Assembly: GCA_963789955.1 (NCBI GenBank)
Contig: CAWBMV010000031.1
Span: 1 to 29,975 of the forward strand
Source of the DNA: an uncultured Candidatus Rokubacteria bacterium
GTDB taxonomy: Bacteria; Methylomirabilota; Methylomirabilia; Rokubacteriales; CSP1-6
Direction of reading: 5' to 3'
DNA: 29,975 nt
Both the position numbers and the translations under genes were made by a program. The notes beneath the pieces are model-generated. The model was not told the DNA's origin. It made no database searches and saw only the letters and a list, made by a program, of their open reading frames with translations. This document shows, piece by piece, positions 1 to 9,014 of this stretch. Every line of letters begins with the position of its first letter. Position 1 is the stretch's first letter.

Positions 1-92
1 GCCTAGCGACCGGCACCCCGCGCGGGTTGCCCGGGGTGGCCGAAGCGGCCTATGCTTGGCCGACGTGAGAGCTCAATGATCAGGAGGCGCCG

Positions 93-1247
93 ATGCCCCG
101 CACGATCTGGCTCGCCGGTCTGCTCGCCCTGTCTCTGTCCGCCTGTGTCGAGACGCGCCCGGCTCACACCAACGGAAACGGTGGCGGAGCGAACCCGCCG
201 GATTCTCTGGATCGCGTGTTGAGCCGGACCTTCATGGTGCCCGCGTTCAAGCTCGAGAGCGGCCAGGTGCTGCCCGAGATGACGCTCGCCTACGAGACGT
301 ACGGCACGCTCGCACCGGACGGCCGCAACGCGATCCTCGTCACCCACGGCTTCACGAGCAACCACCACGCGGCCGGCAAGCACGCGGTGACGGATACGCA
401 CGGCGGGCTGGTGGGACGGGCTCATCGGCCCGGGCAAGGCCATCGACACCGACCGCTACTTCGTCGTGTCGTCCAACATGCTCGGCTCGTCGTTCGGATC
501 GACGGCGCCGCGCAGCACGAACCCCAAGACCGGCAAGCCCTACGGCCCCGACTTCCCCGACATCACCCTGCGCGATATGGTCGTCGCCCAGAAGCCTCTG
601 CTCGAAGGGCTCGGGGTCCAGCACCTCGTCGCCGTCGCCGGGCCCTCGTTCGGCGGCTATCAGACGTTCCAGTGGGCCGTGACGTATCCCGACCTTCATG
701 AACGGGGTCGTCGTGGTGGTGTCGGCTCCGAAGGGCTCCGGGGGCGACGCCGCGGTGAAGACGCTCGATGGATCGCCTCGCGACCGACCCGAACTGGAAC
801 GGCGGCTGGCATTACGACCGCGGCGGAATCTTCCCGACCATGCTCGAGCTGCGCATCGAGACGCTCGAGCGCTACGGTCAGAACGAGGTGCTCGCGCGCA
901 CGATCGCCGATCCCGACCAGCGGGCCGCACGCCTCCGGGAGCTCGCCGAAGGATGGGCCCGCCAGTTCGATCCCAACTCACTGGTCACTCTGCGTAAGGC
1001 TTCGGTGCGGTTCGACGCCGAGCGCGACCTCGGCAAGATTCGCGCGAAGGTGCTCTACGTGCTGTCGCGGACGGACAAACTCTTCCCGCCCTCGATCGCG
1101 CCGGACGTGATGGACAGGCTCACGCGGGCGGGGGTGGACGCGAAGTACGTCGAGATCGACACCGAGCTCGGTCACTCGGCGAGCGGCCCGGAGTGGGCGA
1201 AGTGGGGACCCACCTTGAAAACGTTCATCGCCGGGCTCGACCAGTAG
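93..1247 (+). CDS. Homoserine O-acetyltransferase (MetX)-fold alpha/beta hydrolase, predicted lipoprotein; 3 apparent +1 frameshifts (~410, ~695, ~767)
   Basis: Stitched frames read ...FKLESGQVLPEMTLAYETYGTL...NAILVTHGFT / WWDGLIGPGKAIDTDRYFVVSSNMLGS...GPSFGG / MNGVVVVVSAP / DRLATDPNWNGG...DKLFPP...ELGHSAS, the MetX-family pattern. SD AGGAGG precedes ATG 93; lipobox LSAC. Confidence 0.85.
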
Positions 1248-1295
1248 TCGGGGCGAGACCCGCAGTAGCCGCCATATATATGGAGGGCTGACCGC

Positions 1296-2411
1296 GTGAA
1301 GATCACCGAGATCGAGCCCATCCCGCTCCGGTTGCCCTTCGCTCAGCCGTTCAAGATCTCGCAGGGCGCGCGGGAGACGCTCGAGACCTTGATCGTTCGC
1401 GTGCACACCGACGAGGGCATCGTCGGCATCGGCGAGACCCAGGCCTGGCGCCGGCAGGGCAGCGCCGAGCTCTTGTGGAGCCTCGTGCGCACGATCAAGG
1501 ATCACTTCGAGCCGCTGATCGCCGGGCGCTCGCCCTTCGACATCGGCGGCATCTTGCAGACGCTGAACGAAGCGCTTTACAACACGTTCTACGCCCAGGC
1601 CGCCGTCGCCGACGCGCTCTACGACATCGCCGGCAAGGCCGTCGGGCTCCCCGTGCACAAGCTACTCGCCGGCGAGTGCCGCGATCGGGTGCGCATCGGC
1701 GGCCTCCTGGCGATGAAGCCCACCGTCGGCGAGCTCATGGAATCGGCGCAGGCCTTCTACGAGCGGGGCTTCCGGCACTTCGGGCTGAAGATCGGCCTCG
1801 ATCCCAGGCAGGATCTCGCCAACGTCGTGGCACTGCGGGAGCGATTCGGGGACCGCGTCGTGCTGCGCGTGGACGCGAACGGCGCGCTCAGCTACGATGC
1901 CGCGCTCGCGCTCCTGAAGAAGCTCGAGCCCCATGACATCGACGTGGCCGAGCAGCCGATCGCGATCTGGGATCTCGACGGTCTGGCCGCGCTCTGCCGC
2001 GCCACCAGCATCCCGATCATGGCGGACGAGTCGGTCTCGACCGACCATTCGCTGCTCGATGTCATCCGCCGGCGCGCGGCCACGGTGGTGCAGACCAAGA
2101 TCGCGAAGAACGGCGGGATGTATCGCGTGTGGCGGCTCTGGACACTCGCCTCCGCGGCCGGCATGCGCATCTATCCCGGCAACCATCCGAGCACGAGTGT
2201 CGCGACGGCCGCGGTGGCGCAGCTCTGCGGGGCCTGGCCCGGGCCGCTCATGGAGGGCGTGTTCGCGGTCGGCGTCAGCGGCGCGCTCGCCGCCGACATC
2301 GTGACCGAGCCGATCGTGCCCGTGAACGGCGAGATCCGCGTGCCGTCAGGACCGGGGCTCGGCGTCGAGCTCGACCCCGACGCCATCGCGCGCTTCCGGA
2401 TCGATCGCTAG
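1296..2411 (+). CDS. Mandelate racemase/muconate lactonizing enzyme (enolase superfamily) protein
   Basis: N-terminus MKITEIEPIPLRLP...TDEGIVGIGE; metal ligands in VDANG, EQP and DES; QTKIAKNGG; C-terminal PSGPGLGVELD; SD GGAGG at 1282-1286. Confidence 0.92.
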   Translation: MKITEIEPIPLRLPFAQPFKISQGARETLETLIVRVHTDEGIVGIGETQAWRRQGSAELLWSLVRTIKDHFEPLIAGRSPFDIGGILQTLNEALYNTFYAQAAVADALYDIAGKAVGLPVHKLLAGECRDRVRIGGLLAMKPTVGELMESAQAFYERGFRHFGLKIGLDPRQDLANVVALRERFGDRVVLRVDANGALSYDAALALLKKLEPHDIDVAEQPIAIWDLDGLAALCRATSIPIMADESVSTDHSLLDVIRRRAATVVQTKIAKNGGMYRVWRLWTLASAAGMRIYPGNHPSTSVATAAVAQLCGAWPGPLMEGVFAVGVSGALAADIVTEPIVPVNGEIRVPSGPGLGVELDPDAIARFRIDR

Positions 2412-3255
2412 CGCAGCGCCGTCAGGAACGTATCCAGCTCCTCGACGAAGGCGGACGGGTTGTCGAGCACCAGGTGGTGGTAGCTCGCCGGAATCTCCAC
2501 GAGCGTCGCGTTCGGGATCGAGGCGCGTAGCTTGTCGGCCATATCCGCGGCAACACCGGGCTCAGCTCGCCGCGGGCGATCAGGGTCGGCGCCATGATCC
2601 GGTCGAGCAGGGTCCAGGCGTCGACCGGCCGGCGCCCGGAGTTACTCGCCGGATCGAAGCGATAGAACCACGCGCCGTCCCGCTCGACCACGCCCGCGGC
2701 GCCAAGGTGCGCGAGAAACGTCGGATCGGCGTTCGTCTCGCGCGGCAGCAGACGAAACACCTGCGCCGCGGCCTCCTGCGAGGGATACGGCCTCAAGGTG
2801 CGCTCGCCCCGCCGACGCAGCCGGTCGAGTCGATCGGTCGGAATGGTCGGACGCGAGTCGACGATGACGAGCGCGCTCACGCGATCCGGATGCCAGGCCG
2901 CAAATGACATCGAGTTGTGGCCTCCCATCGAGTGGCCGACGAGCGTGACGCGCGCCAGGCCCAGCGCATCCAGGAAGCCGATCAGATCCGACGCGAAGTT
3001 TTCGGTCGCGTAGGCCGGCGGCTCGGCCCACTGGCTCTCCCCGTGACCTCGCTGATCGAGCGAGATCACGTGAAATCGGTCGACGAACGTCGGCGTGACG
3101 AGGTCGAACCAGTGGGCGTGCGCGGAGCCGCCGTGCAGGAAGCAGAGGACCGGGCGCCCCGCGTTTCCCCACTCGAGAAAGCTCAATCGCAGCCCGCCTA
3201 CCACGACCGAACGCCTGCGCGCTACCTCGCATCCGAAGCGCGAAATGGGAGACAT
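2408..3255 (-). CDS. Alpha/beta fold hydrolase; one apparent 1-nt deletion near 2546
   Basis: LHGGSAHAHW, DQRGHGES and GHSMGG nucleophile elbow. The shifted frame gives DMADKLRASIPNATLVEIPASYHHLVLDNPSAFVEELDTFL...TAG (2408-2410), which overlaps the enolase-gene stop. Start taken at ATG 3255. Confidence 0.88.
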
Positions 3256-3262
3256 GCGCCGA

Positions 3263-3285
3263 ATTGTATCCGCAAAAATTTTTGC
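3263..3285 (-). promoter_or_regulatory. -10 element TACAAT 7 nt before ATG 3255, plus perfect palindrome GCAAAAATTTTTGC
   Basis: Minus-strand TACAAT at 3263-3268 with no SD before the start; 14-bp palindrome at 3272-3285 in the divergent intergenic region. Confidence 0.55.
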
Positions 3286-3325
3286 TTTGTGCGCTTTCCC
3301 GGTCCGGCTATTGTCGAAAGTACCG

Positions 3326-4772
3326 ATGAGTGACGAGCGCACGTCGTCGAATCGTCGTCGCAACGTCCTGGATGGAGCCTATACAGCCGGGCTTCTCATA
3401 GTTGCGATTCTCGCCGGTTACGGTGTGCTGGCTCCGTCGGACCTCGCCCGCGCGACGACCCTGGCTCGACCTCAGCCAGCGCCGACTCCCGCACCGGTCA
3501 CCGAGTATCTCGGCAAACCGGTCGAGCGCGCACCCGAGCCGCCGCGTCTGACCTGGCCAAAGATGGTCAGTGGTCAGATCCTTGACGAGAGCCGCGCGCC
3601 GCTCGAGGGCGCCTCGATCGTCATCGGCGGCGTCGAGCACCGGACGGATGCCGAGGGACGATTCACCGTCGAGGGCCATCCGCCCGATGCGGTCGCTGCT
3701 CGTCAAGCGCCCCGGCTTCGCGAAGGTGACCGTGACGCCGACCAAGGCCGCGATCGAGGTCGTCATGAAGCCGCAGATGATCAAGGCGGCGTACCTGACG
3801 TACTTCGGCATCGGTCACAAGGAAATCCGCGGCCGCGTCCTCGAGCTGGCGGCGCGCACCGAGCTCAACGCCGTCGTCATCGACGTGAAGGGCGACCGGG
3901 GTTGGATCGTCTACAAGACCGAGGTGCCGGAAGCGCTGGCGGTCGGCGCCCAGGGACCGGGCACGCTCAAGGAGTTCGACGCGCTCATGGCCGATCTGAA
4001 GGCGCGCGGCATCTATACGATCGGCCGCATCGTGACCTTCAAGGACAACATCCTCGCCAGCGCCCGTCCCGACCTCGCCATCATCGACACGCGCACCAAC
4101 AAGCCGTGGATCGACAACGAAAAGCTCGCCTGGGTCGACCCCTTCCGCGAGGAAGTCTGGAAGTACAACGTCGCGATCGCGCGCGAGGCGGCCAAGCGGG
4201 GGTTCGACGAGATCCAGTTCGACTACGTCCGCTTCCCGACCGACGGCAAGCTGGGCGCCGCGAAATACGCGCATCCCAACAACAAGGATACCCGGCTCCC
4301 CGCCATCGCCGGCTTCCTGGGCATGGCGCGGCGCGAGCTCGGCCCGCTCGGGGTCTACGTCGCCGCCGACGTCTTCGGCTACACCGCCTTCAACGAGAAC
4401 GACACGGACATCGGCCAGCGCGTCGAGGAGCTGGCGCCGCATCTCGACTACTTCTGCCCGATGGTCTACCCCTCCGGGTACCACGTGGGTATCCCTGGAT
4501 TCCGCAACCCCGTCCAGCACCCGTATGAAATCGTCCACGAGAGCGTGCGGCTGATCCGTCAGCGCGCCGCGAGCCAGAAGGTGCGGGTACGGCCGTGGCT
4601 CCAGGATTTCAAGGACTATGCATTCGACAAGCGGATTTTTGGCGTGACTGAGATCCGCGCCCAGATTAAAGGAGCCGACGACGCCGGGGCGGTCGGCTGG
4701 ATGCTCTGGAACCCCCGGAACGACTACACGGCCGGCGCGCTGCGGCAGAAAGAGGCCTCAGGGACCAAGTGA
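3326..4772 (+). CDS. Membrane-anchored putative glycoside hydrolase (DUF4015-like) with N-terminal carboxypeptidase-regulatory-like domain; +1 frameshift near 3690
   Basis: TM helix, Pro-rich linker, then VSGQILDESRAPLEGASI...TDAEGRF. Second frame has TELNAVVIDVKGDRG, GFDEIQFDYVRFP, PMVYPS, RPWLQDF and GWMLWNPRNDY. Confidence 0.82.
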
Positions 4773-5725
4773 AACTTTTGCTCGTACTTTCACTGATCCT
4801 CACCGCGGCTCTATTGTTTGTCTCGTTCGCTGGCGCCGGTGAGCTCACCCCCAACGAGCTCGGGCGCATCATGATCCTCGAGTACCACAAGATCGACTAC
4901 CCCGAAGCCCAGTGGACTCGGACGCCCGAGAACTTCCGGCGCGACCTCGAGACGCTCTACGCCAAGGGCTACCGGGTGATCAACATGGGCGATCTCCTCG
5001 ACCGGCGTATCGCGCTGCCCGCCGGGACGACGCCGGTCGTGCTAACCTTCGACGATTCCTCTCCCGGCCAGTTCCGCTACCTCGAAAAGAACGGCACCCT
5101 CGAGATCGACCCCAAGTGTGCCGTGGGCATCCTCGAGGCCTTCTTCCGCGAGCACCCGGATTTCGGCCGGGGCGGCACGTTCTACGTCCTGCCCGGCGCG
5201 AGCCCGCCCAACCGGCTCTTCAACCAGCCCGCCTACGAGGGCAAGAAGCTGCAGTTCCTGGCGAGCCACGGCTACGAGATCGGCAACCACACCCTCTGGC
5301 ACGCGAACCTCGCCAAATACCCCGAGGCGACGGTGCGCGCGCAGGTTGCTGATGCGCAGGTGTGGATCCAGAAGCACGTCCCCGACTACAAGACTCGCAC
5401 CCTGGCCCTGCCGCACGGCGTGTATCCGCCCGACGTGAGCTGGGTGCTGCACGGCACGGCCAAGGGCACCACCTACAACCACGACGCCGTGCTGATGGTC
5501 GCCGGCGGCGCGGCGCCCTCGCCGTATTCGCGCGCGTTCGATCCGATCCGACTCCCCCGCATCCAGGCGGTCGAGCGCGATCTCGTCTACTGGCTCAACT
5601 ACTTCGACAAGAACCCTCTCGAGCGATTCGTGAGCGACGGCGACACGAACTCGGTCACCGTCCCCACAGCGCGCCGCGACAAGCTGCGCGACGAGTTTCG
5701 AACCCCGAAGGTCGTCGTACGCTGA
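4769..5725 (+). CDS. Secreted polysaccharide deacetylase (NodB/CE4 family)
   Basis: Signal peptide; ILEYH, LTFDDS, EIGNHTLWH, ALPHG and LPRI motifs; GTGA start/stop overlap with the upstream gene. Confidence 0.88.
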   Translation: MKLLLVLSLILTAALLFVSFAGAGELTPNELGRIMILEYHKIDYPEAQWTRTPENFRRDLETLYAKGYRVINMGDLLDRRIALPAGTTPVVLTFDDSSPGQFRYLEKNGTLEIDPKCAVGILEAFFREHPDFGRGGTFYVLPGASPPNRLFNQPAYEGKKLQFLASHGYEIGNHTLWHANLAKYPEATVRAQVADAQVWIQKHVPDYKTRTLALPHGVYPPDVSWVLHGTAKGTTYNHDAVLMVAGGAAPSPYSRAFDPIRLPRIQAVERDLVYWLNYFDKNPLERFVSDGDTNSVTVPTARRDKLRDEFRTPKVVVR

Positions 5726-5732
5726 CAGCCGA

Positions 5733-5869
5733 GCCCGCCTGGAGGCCGGCCGCCGCGTGATCCACGCGCCCGTCCGTCCTCTCGCCCACCAGAGCACCAC
5801 CGACAACAGTGGGTCGAGCAGGACGGACGGGTTCGTGTTTGTATCGACCGCGGGTTCTGCGGGGCAGAA
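5733..5869. other. Structured intergenic element (long imperfect inverted repeat); candidate bidirectional terminator, REP-like repeat or ncRNA
   Basis: Perfect 12-bp arms 5769-5780/5820-5831 with inner bulged arms; flanking hairpins at 5754-5768 and 5855-5869; lies between convergent genes. Confidence 0.6.
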
Positions 5870-5880
5870 GCGCGACGGGG

Positions 5881-8256
5881 CTAGCGGTACATGAGGTACG
5901 ACGCGCGGCGATTCAAGAAGCTGCTGCGGTCGACTTCGCTCCAGGCGACGAGCCGATCGAGAACCTCTCCTCTTAGGAAAGCCCACATCGTCGACCGGTT
6001 CACCAGAAGGTTCTGGATGCTCTCCGGCCTGAACTGGTCGCGATGACGCTCGCGTAGGGTTCGCGCCAGCGCGAACGCGACCGTCACCGGCCTGATCGCC
6101 TCGCGGTCGGTGACCACCATCCGCACGCCGCCGCAGGAGATGTTGGTGTAGACATCAGCCGTCGGCGTGAACCAGATCGGATCGAACCTGACGCCCCGGA
6201 GCCCTTGCCGGTTGAGCGCGTCGGCGAGGCCGCGCGGCTCGATCCAGGGCGCGCCGATGACCTCGAAGGGCATGTCGGTTCCGCGCCCCACGGAGAGGTT
6301 CGTCGCCTCGAGGAGGCCCACGCCCGAGTAGAGCAGCGCCTGGGTGACCGACCGGATGTTCGGCGACGGGTTCACCCAGGGCAGCCCGGTCTCGTCGAAC
6401 CAGCGGTCACGATCCCAGCCCACCAGCGGGACGACGGTGAGCGAGACCGGGATCTTCCGTTCCGCGGCGGCGAGCTTGGCGAATTCGCCGATCGTGAGCC
6501 CGGTCCGCACCGGAATGGGGTGCGGCGCCGTGAACGACTGCAGATCCGGATCCATCAGCGGCCCCTCGACCACCCGGCCGTTGATCGGATTCGGCCGATC
6601 GAGGACGAGGACCGGGATCTTCTGCTTCGCGGCCTCCTCCATGACGTAGACAAGGGTCGTGAGGTAGGTGTAGTAGCGAGCGCCGACGTCCTGGATGTCG
6701 AAGACTATGAGCGTAATGTCCTTGAGCATGGCCGAGGTCGGCCGCCGGGTGCTGCCGTAGAGGCTCCAGATCGGCCGGCCGGTGATCACGTCCCGGCTGT
6801 GGGGCACGTCGGTATTGGAGACGCCCGTCAAGCCGTGCTCGGGCGAGAAGATCGCCTGCAGACGCACCCCCGGCGCCGCCGCGATCAGGTCGATCGCCCG
6901 GCGGCCGCGTAGATCGATTCCGGTCTGGTTGGTCACCAGACCGACCGAGTGCCCCGAGAGCAAGGCGAATTTCTGGTCGGCGAGCACGTCGAGCCCCGTG
7001 AGCACCCGCTCCTGGGGCAATGACGGCTCGCCCGGCAGCAGCCGCAGCTCTGGCGGCGGCCCGTCGGCAGCGGGTCCGCTGATGGGCCCCGGATCGGCGA
7101 CGACGGGCGGCTGGAAGAGCTGAGCCCCGGCAGCCGCCGCGACACGAATCCGGAGATCTCGGATGCGCGCGGCCCCCCCACCGTAGGGGTGGACGCGATT
7201 CGACAGGACGATCAGGTAGCTTCGGGTCTTCGGGTCGATCCAGACCGCGGTGCCAGTGAACCCGAGATGGCCGACGGAGCCTTCCGCAAAGAATGGCGCC
7301 ATCGTTTTCGAGAACGCCGAGCTGACGTCCCAGCCGAGCGCGCGGCCGACGCGGTTGTCGGGCGTGGACTCCCACATCTCCTTCACCGTGGCAGAATCGA
7401 ACACGCGCTGGCCTTCGAGGGAGCCATGGTTGAGCAGCATCCGGATGATCCGGGCGAGGTCGGCGCTGGTCGAAAACAGCCCGGCGTGGCCGGCCACCCC
7501 ACCCAGCAGGCGGGCGCGCTGATCGTGCACCTCACCCCGGAGGAGGACTCCGTTGACAAATTCCGTCGGCGCCACCCGGGGCAGCGCGCTCACCTTGGGA
7601 TGGAAGCTCGTGTCGGCCAGCCCGAGCGGCTTGAACACGGTGCGCTCGAGGTAACGGTCCAGCGGAGTGCCGCTGACCCGCCGGACGGCCTCGGCCAGCA
7701 GGATGAACCCGGTGTCGCTGTACTGGAACGCAGAGCCCGGTGGATAATCGAGCGGCATCTTGGCGATGGAGCCTGCAGCGCTCGGAAAGCCCGAGGAGAC
7801 CACGCTATTCGGGGGGTAGGCGGCGAGCCCGGCGCTGTGGGTCAGGAGTCTCCGGATCGTGATCTCGTCGTATTGCTTGTCCCGAAACTCCTTGAGGTAT
7901 CGTCCAAGGGGGGCGTCGAGCTTGATCGACCCCTTCTCGACGAGGCTCATGACTGCCAGCGACGTCCCGAAGGGCTTCGTGAGGGACGCGAGGTCGAAGA
8001 TGGTGTCGACCGTCATCGGGACCGGGTGCGGAAGCAGGCGGCGCGATCCGTACGCGCGATGGAGCAGGATGTCATCACCGCGGCCGACCAGCACCACGAC
8101 GCCGGGGATCTCGCCGCTCGAGACGGCCTCGTTGGCGGCTTCGTCGATTCCGGAAAAATCGAGCGTGCCGGAAACGTCGCGGGGCGGAGCGAACGCAGAT
8201 GCGGGAAGCGCAAAGAGCGCAATCAGCATCACGACGGCGATGCGAGCGACGATCAC
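5881..8256 (-). CDS. Secreted fusion of beta-lactamase-family serine hydrolase and DUF1343 (NamZ-like exo-beta-N-acetylmuramidase)
   Basis: Signal peptide; SxxK (ASLTKP), LLTHSAGL, YSDTGF and GHLGFTG; Pro-rich linker; then GLVTNQTG, FSPEHG, FDIQDVGARYYTY, LDRPNP, PSPN and SVGRGT. Confidence 0.93.
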   Translation of the reverse strand: MIVARIAVVMLIALFALPASAFAPPRDVSGTLDFSGIDEAANEAVSSGEIPGVVVLVGRGDDILLHRAYGSRRLLPHPVPMTVDTIFDLASLTKPFGTSLAVMSLVEKGSIKLDAPLGRYLKEFRDKQYDEITIRRLLTHSAGLAAYPPNSVVSSGFPSAAGSIAKMPLDYPPGSAFQYSDTGFILLAEAVRRVSGTPLDRYLERTVFKPLGLADTSFHPKVSALPRVAPTEFVNGVLLRGEVHDQRARLLGGVAGHAGLFSTSADLARIIRMLLNHGSLEGQRVFDSATVKEMWESTPDNRVGRALGWDVSSAFSKTMAPFFAEGSVGHLGFTGTAVWIDPKTRSYLIVLSNRVHPYGGGAARIRDLRIRVAAAAGAQLFQPPVVADPGPISGPAADGPPPELRLLPGEPSLPQERVLTGLDVLADQKFALLSGHSVGLVTNQTGIDLRGRRAIDLIAAAPGVRLQAIFSPEHGLTGVSNTDVPHSRDVITGRPIWSLYGSTRRPTSAMLKDITLIVFDIQDVGARYYTYLTTLVYVMEEAAKQKIPVLVLDRPNPINGRVVEGPLMDPDLQSFTAPHPIPVRTGLTIGEFAKLAAAERKIPVSLTVVPLVGWDRDRWFDETGLPWVNPSPNIRSVTQALLYSGVGLLEATNLSVGRGTDMPFEVIGAPWIEPRGLADALNRQGLRGVRFDPIWFTPTADVYTNISCGGVRMVVTDREAIRPVTVAFALARTLRERHRDQFRPESIQNLLVNRSTMWAFLRGEVLDRLVAWSEVDRSSFLNRRASYLMYR

Positions 8257-8262
8257 CTTAGG

Positions 8263-8271
8263 ATCTTAGCA
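8263..8271 (-). promoter_or_regulatory. Extended -10 (TGcTAAGAT) 6 nt before GTG 8256; probable leaderless start
   Basis: Minus strand reads caaTGcTAAGATcctaagGTG; no clear SD at a usable spacing; 31-bp gap between divergent genes. Confidence 0.55.
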
Positions 8272-8287
8272 TTGTGAGCCCGAGACT

Positions 8288-8755
8288 ATGACACCCAGCT
8301 CGTTCTTTGGTACTTCGCTGCGTCGCGACCCGAATCAACCCGCTGACCTCAACGCGCGCATCGAAGCGCAGCTCCGTGAGCGCCTCGAGGAGGCGGTGGA
8401 CTTCGTCTGTCTCGAGGCGCTCGTGAAACGGCGACGAGCGCTCTCGCTTCCCGCGCCGAGCGCCGACAGCACGCGCGACCGCGAAGAGTTCACGCAAAGC
8501 GTGCACGCGTTCCTCGCCGAGCTCCGCAGCGCGATCGTGCCGACGCTCAACGAGCAGCAGCGCGAGAAGGTCGCCACCGCCGGGCGCACGCCGGGCGACG
8601 AGACGCAGCGGCTACTCAGCGTGCACGTCGTGCTGGCGCGCGAGCTGCCCGACTACTGGCAGCGATTCGAGTCAGCGCGCACGGTCTACGCGGAGCACGC
8701 CGAATCAGGCGGCGAGCGCCGTGGACTGCTCGGTCGACTCTTCGGCGGCGGTTGA
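8288..8755 (+). CDS. Hypothetical helical protein (155 aa) ending in an amphipathic ERRGLLGRLFGGG tail
   Basis: Natural helical composition, GC3-biased codons, fills the gap between neighbours; no family recognised. Confidence 0.72.
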   Translation: MTPSSFFGTSLRRDPNQPADLNARIEAQLRERLEEAVDFVCLEALVKRRRALSLPAPSADSTRDREEFTQSVHAFLAELRSAIVPTLNEQQREKVATAGRTPGDETQRLLSVHVVLARELPDYWQRFESARTVYAEHAESGGERRGLLGRLFGGG

Positions 8756-8995
8756 CCGCCAGGCCGCCAGCGCCCAGAGATTCTCGAGATCCTCCAGCGC
8801 TCGGCGCCACCGGCCGTAGCTGTCGAGCAGCGACTCTCGCACGGCCGCCAGCTTCGCGTCGGCGTCGTCGACCCGTGCCTTCAAGGTCGGGCTGGTGGCA
8901 TGAATGGTCTCGAAACCGCCTTCGGGGACCGACGTCGCGAGGCGGTCGAGGAGTCCTGTCAGCTCCTGGTTCAACACACGCTCTACCGGGTTCAT
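8705..8995 (-). CDS. Hypothetical coiled-coil protein (96 aa) ending in STALAA
   Basis: SD GGGGAGG 8 nt before ATG 8995; strong upstream promoter; helical sequence LKARVDDADAKLAAVRESLL...WRRALEDLENLW. Confidence 0.75.
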   Translation of the reverse strand: MNPVERVLNQELTGLLDRLATSVPEGGFETIHATSPTLKARVDDADAKLAAVRESLLDSYGRWRRALEDLENLWALAAWRSTAAEESTEQSTALAA

Positions 8996-9014
8996 CGGAG
9001 ACACCTCCCCACGA

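Noticed and set aside
93..1247. Programmed ribosomal frameshifting or phase variation in split genes
   Set aside because: No slippery heptamers or long homopolymers at the shift sites; the scattered insertion pattern fits sequencing error.
2408..2411. Shared CTAG stop codons of convergent genes
   Set aside because: Common in compact genomes; no further signal.
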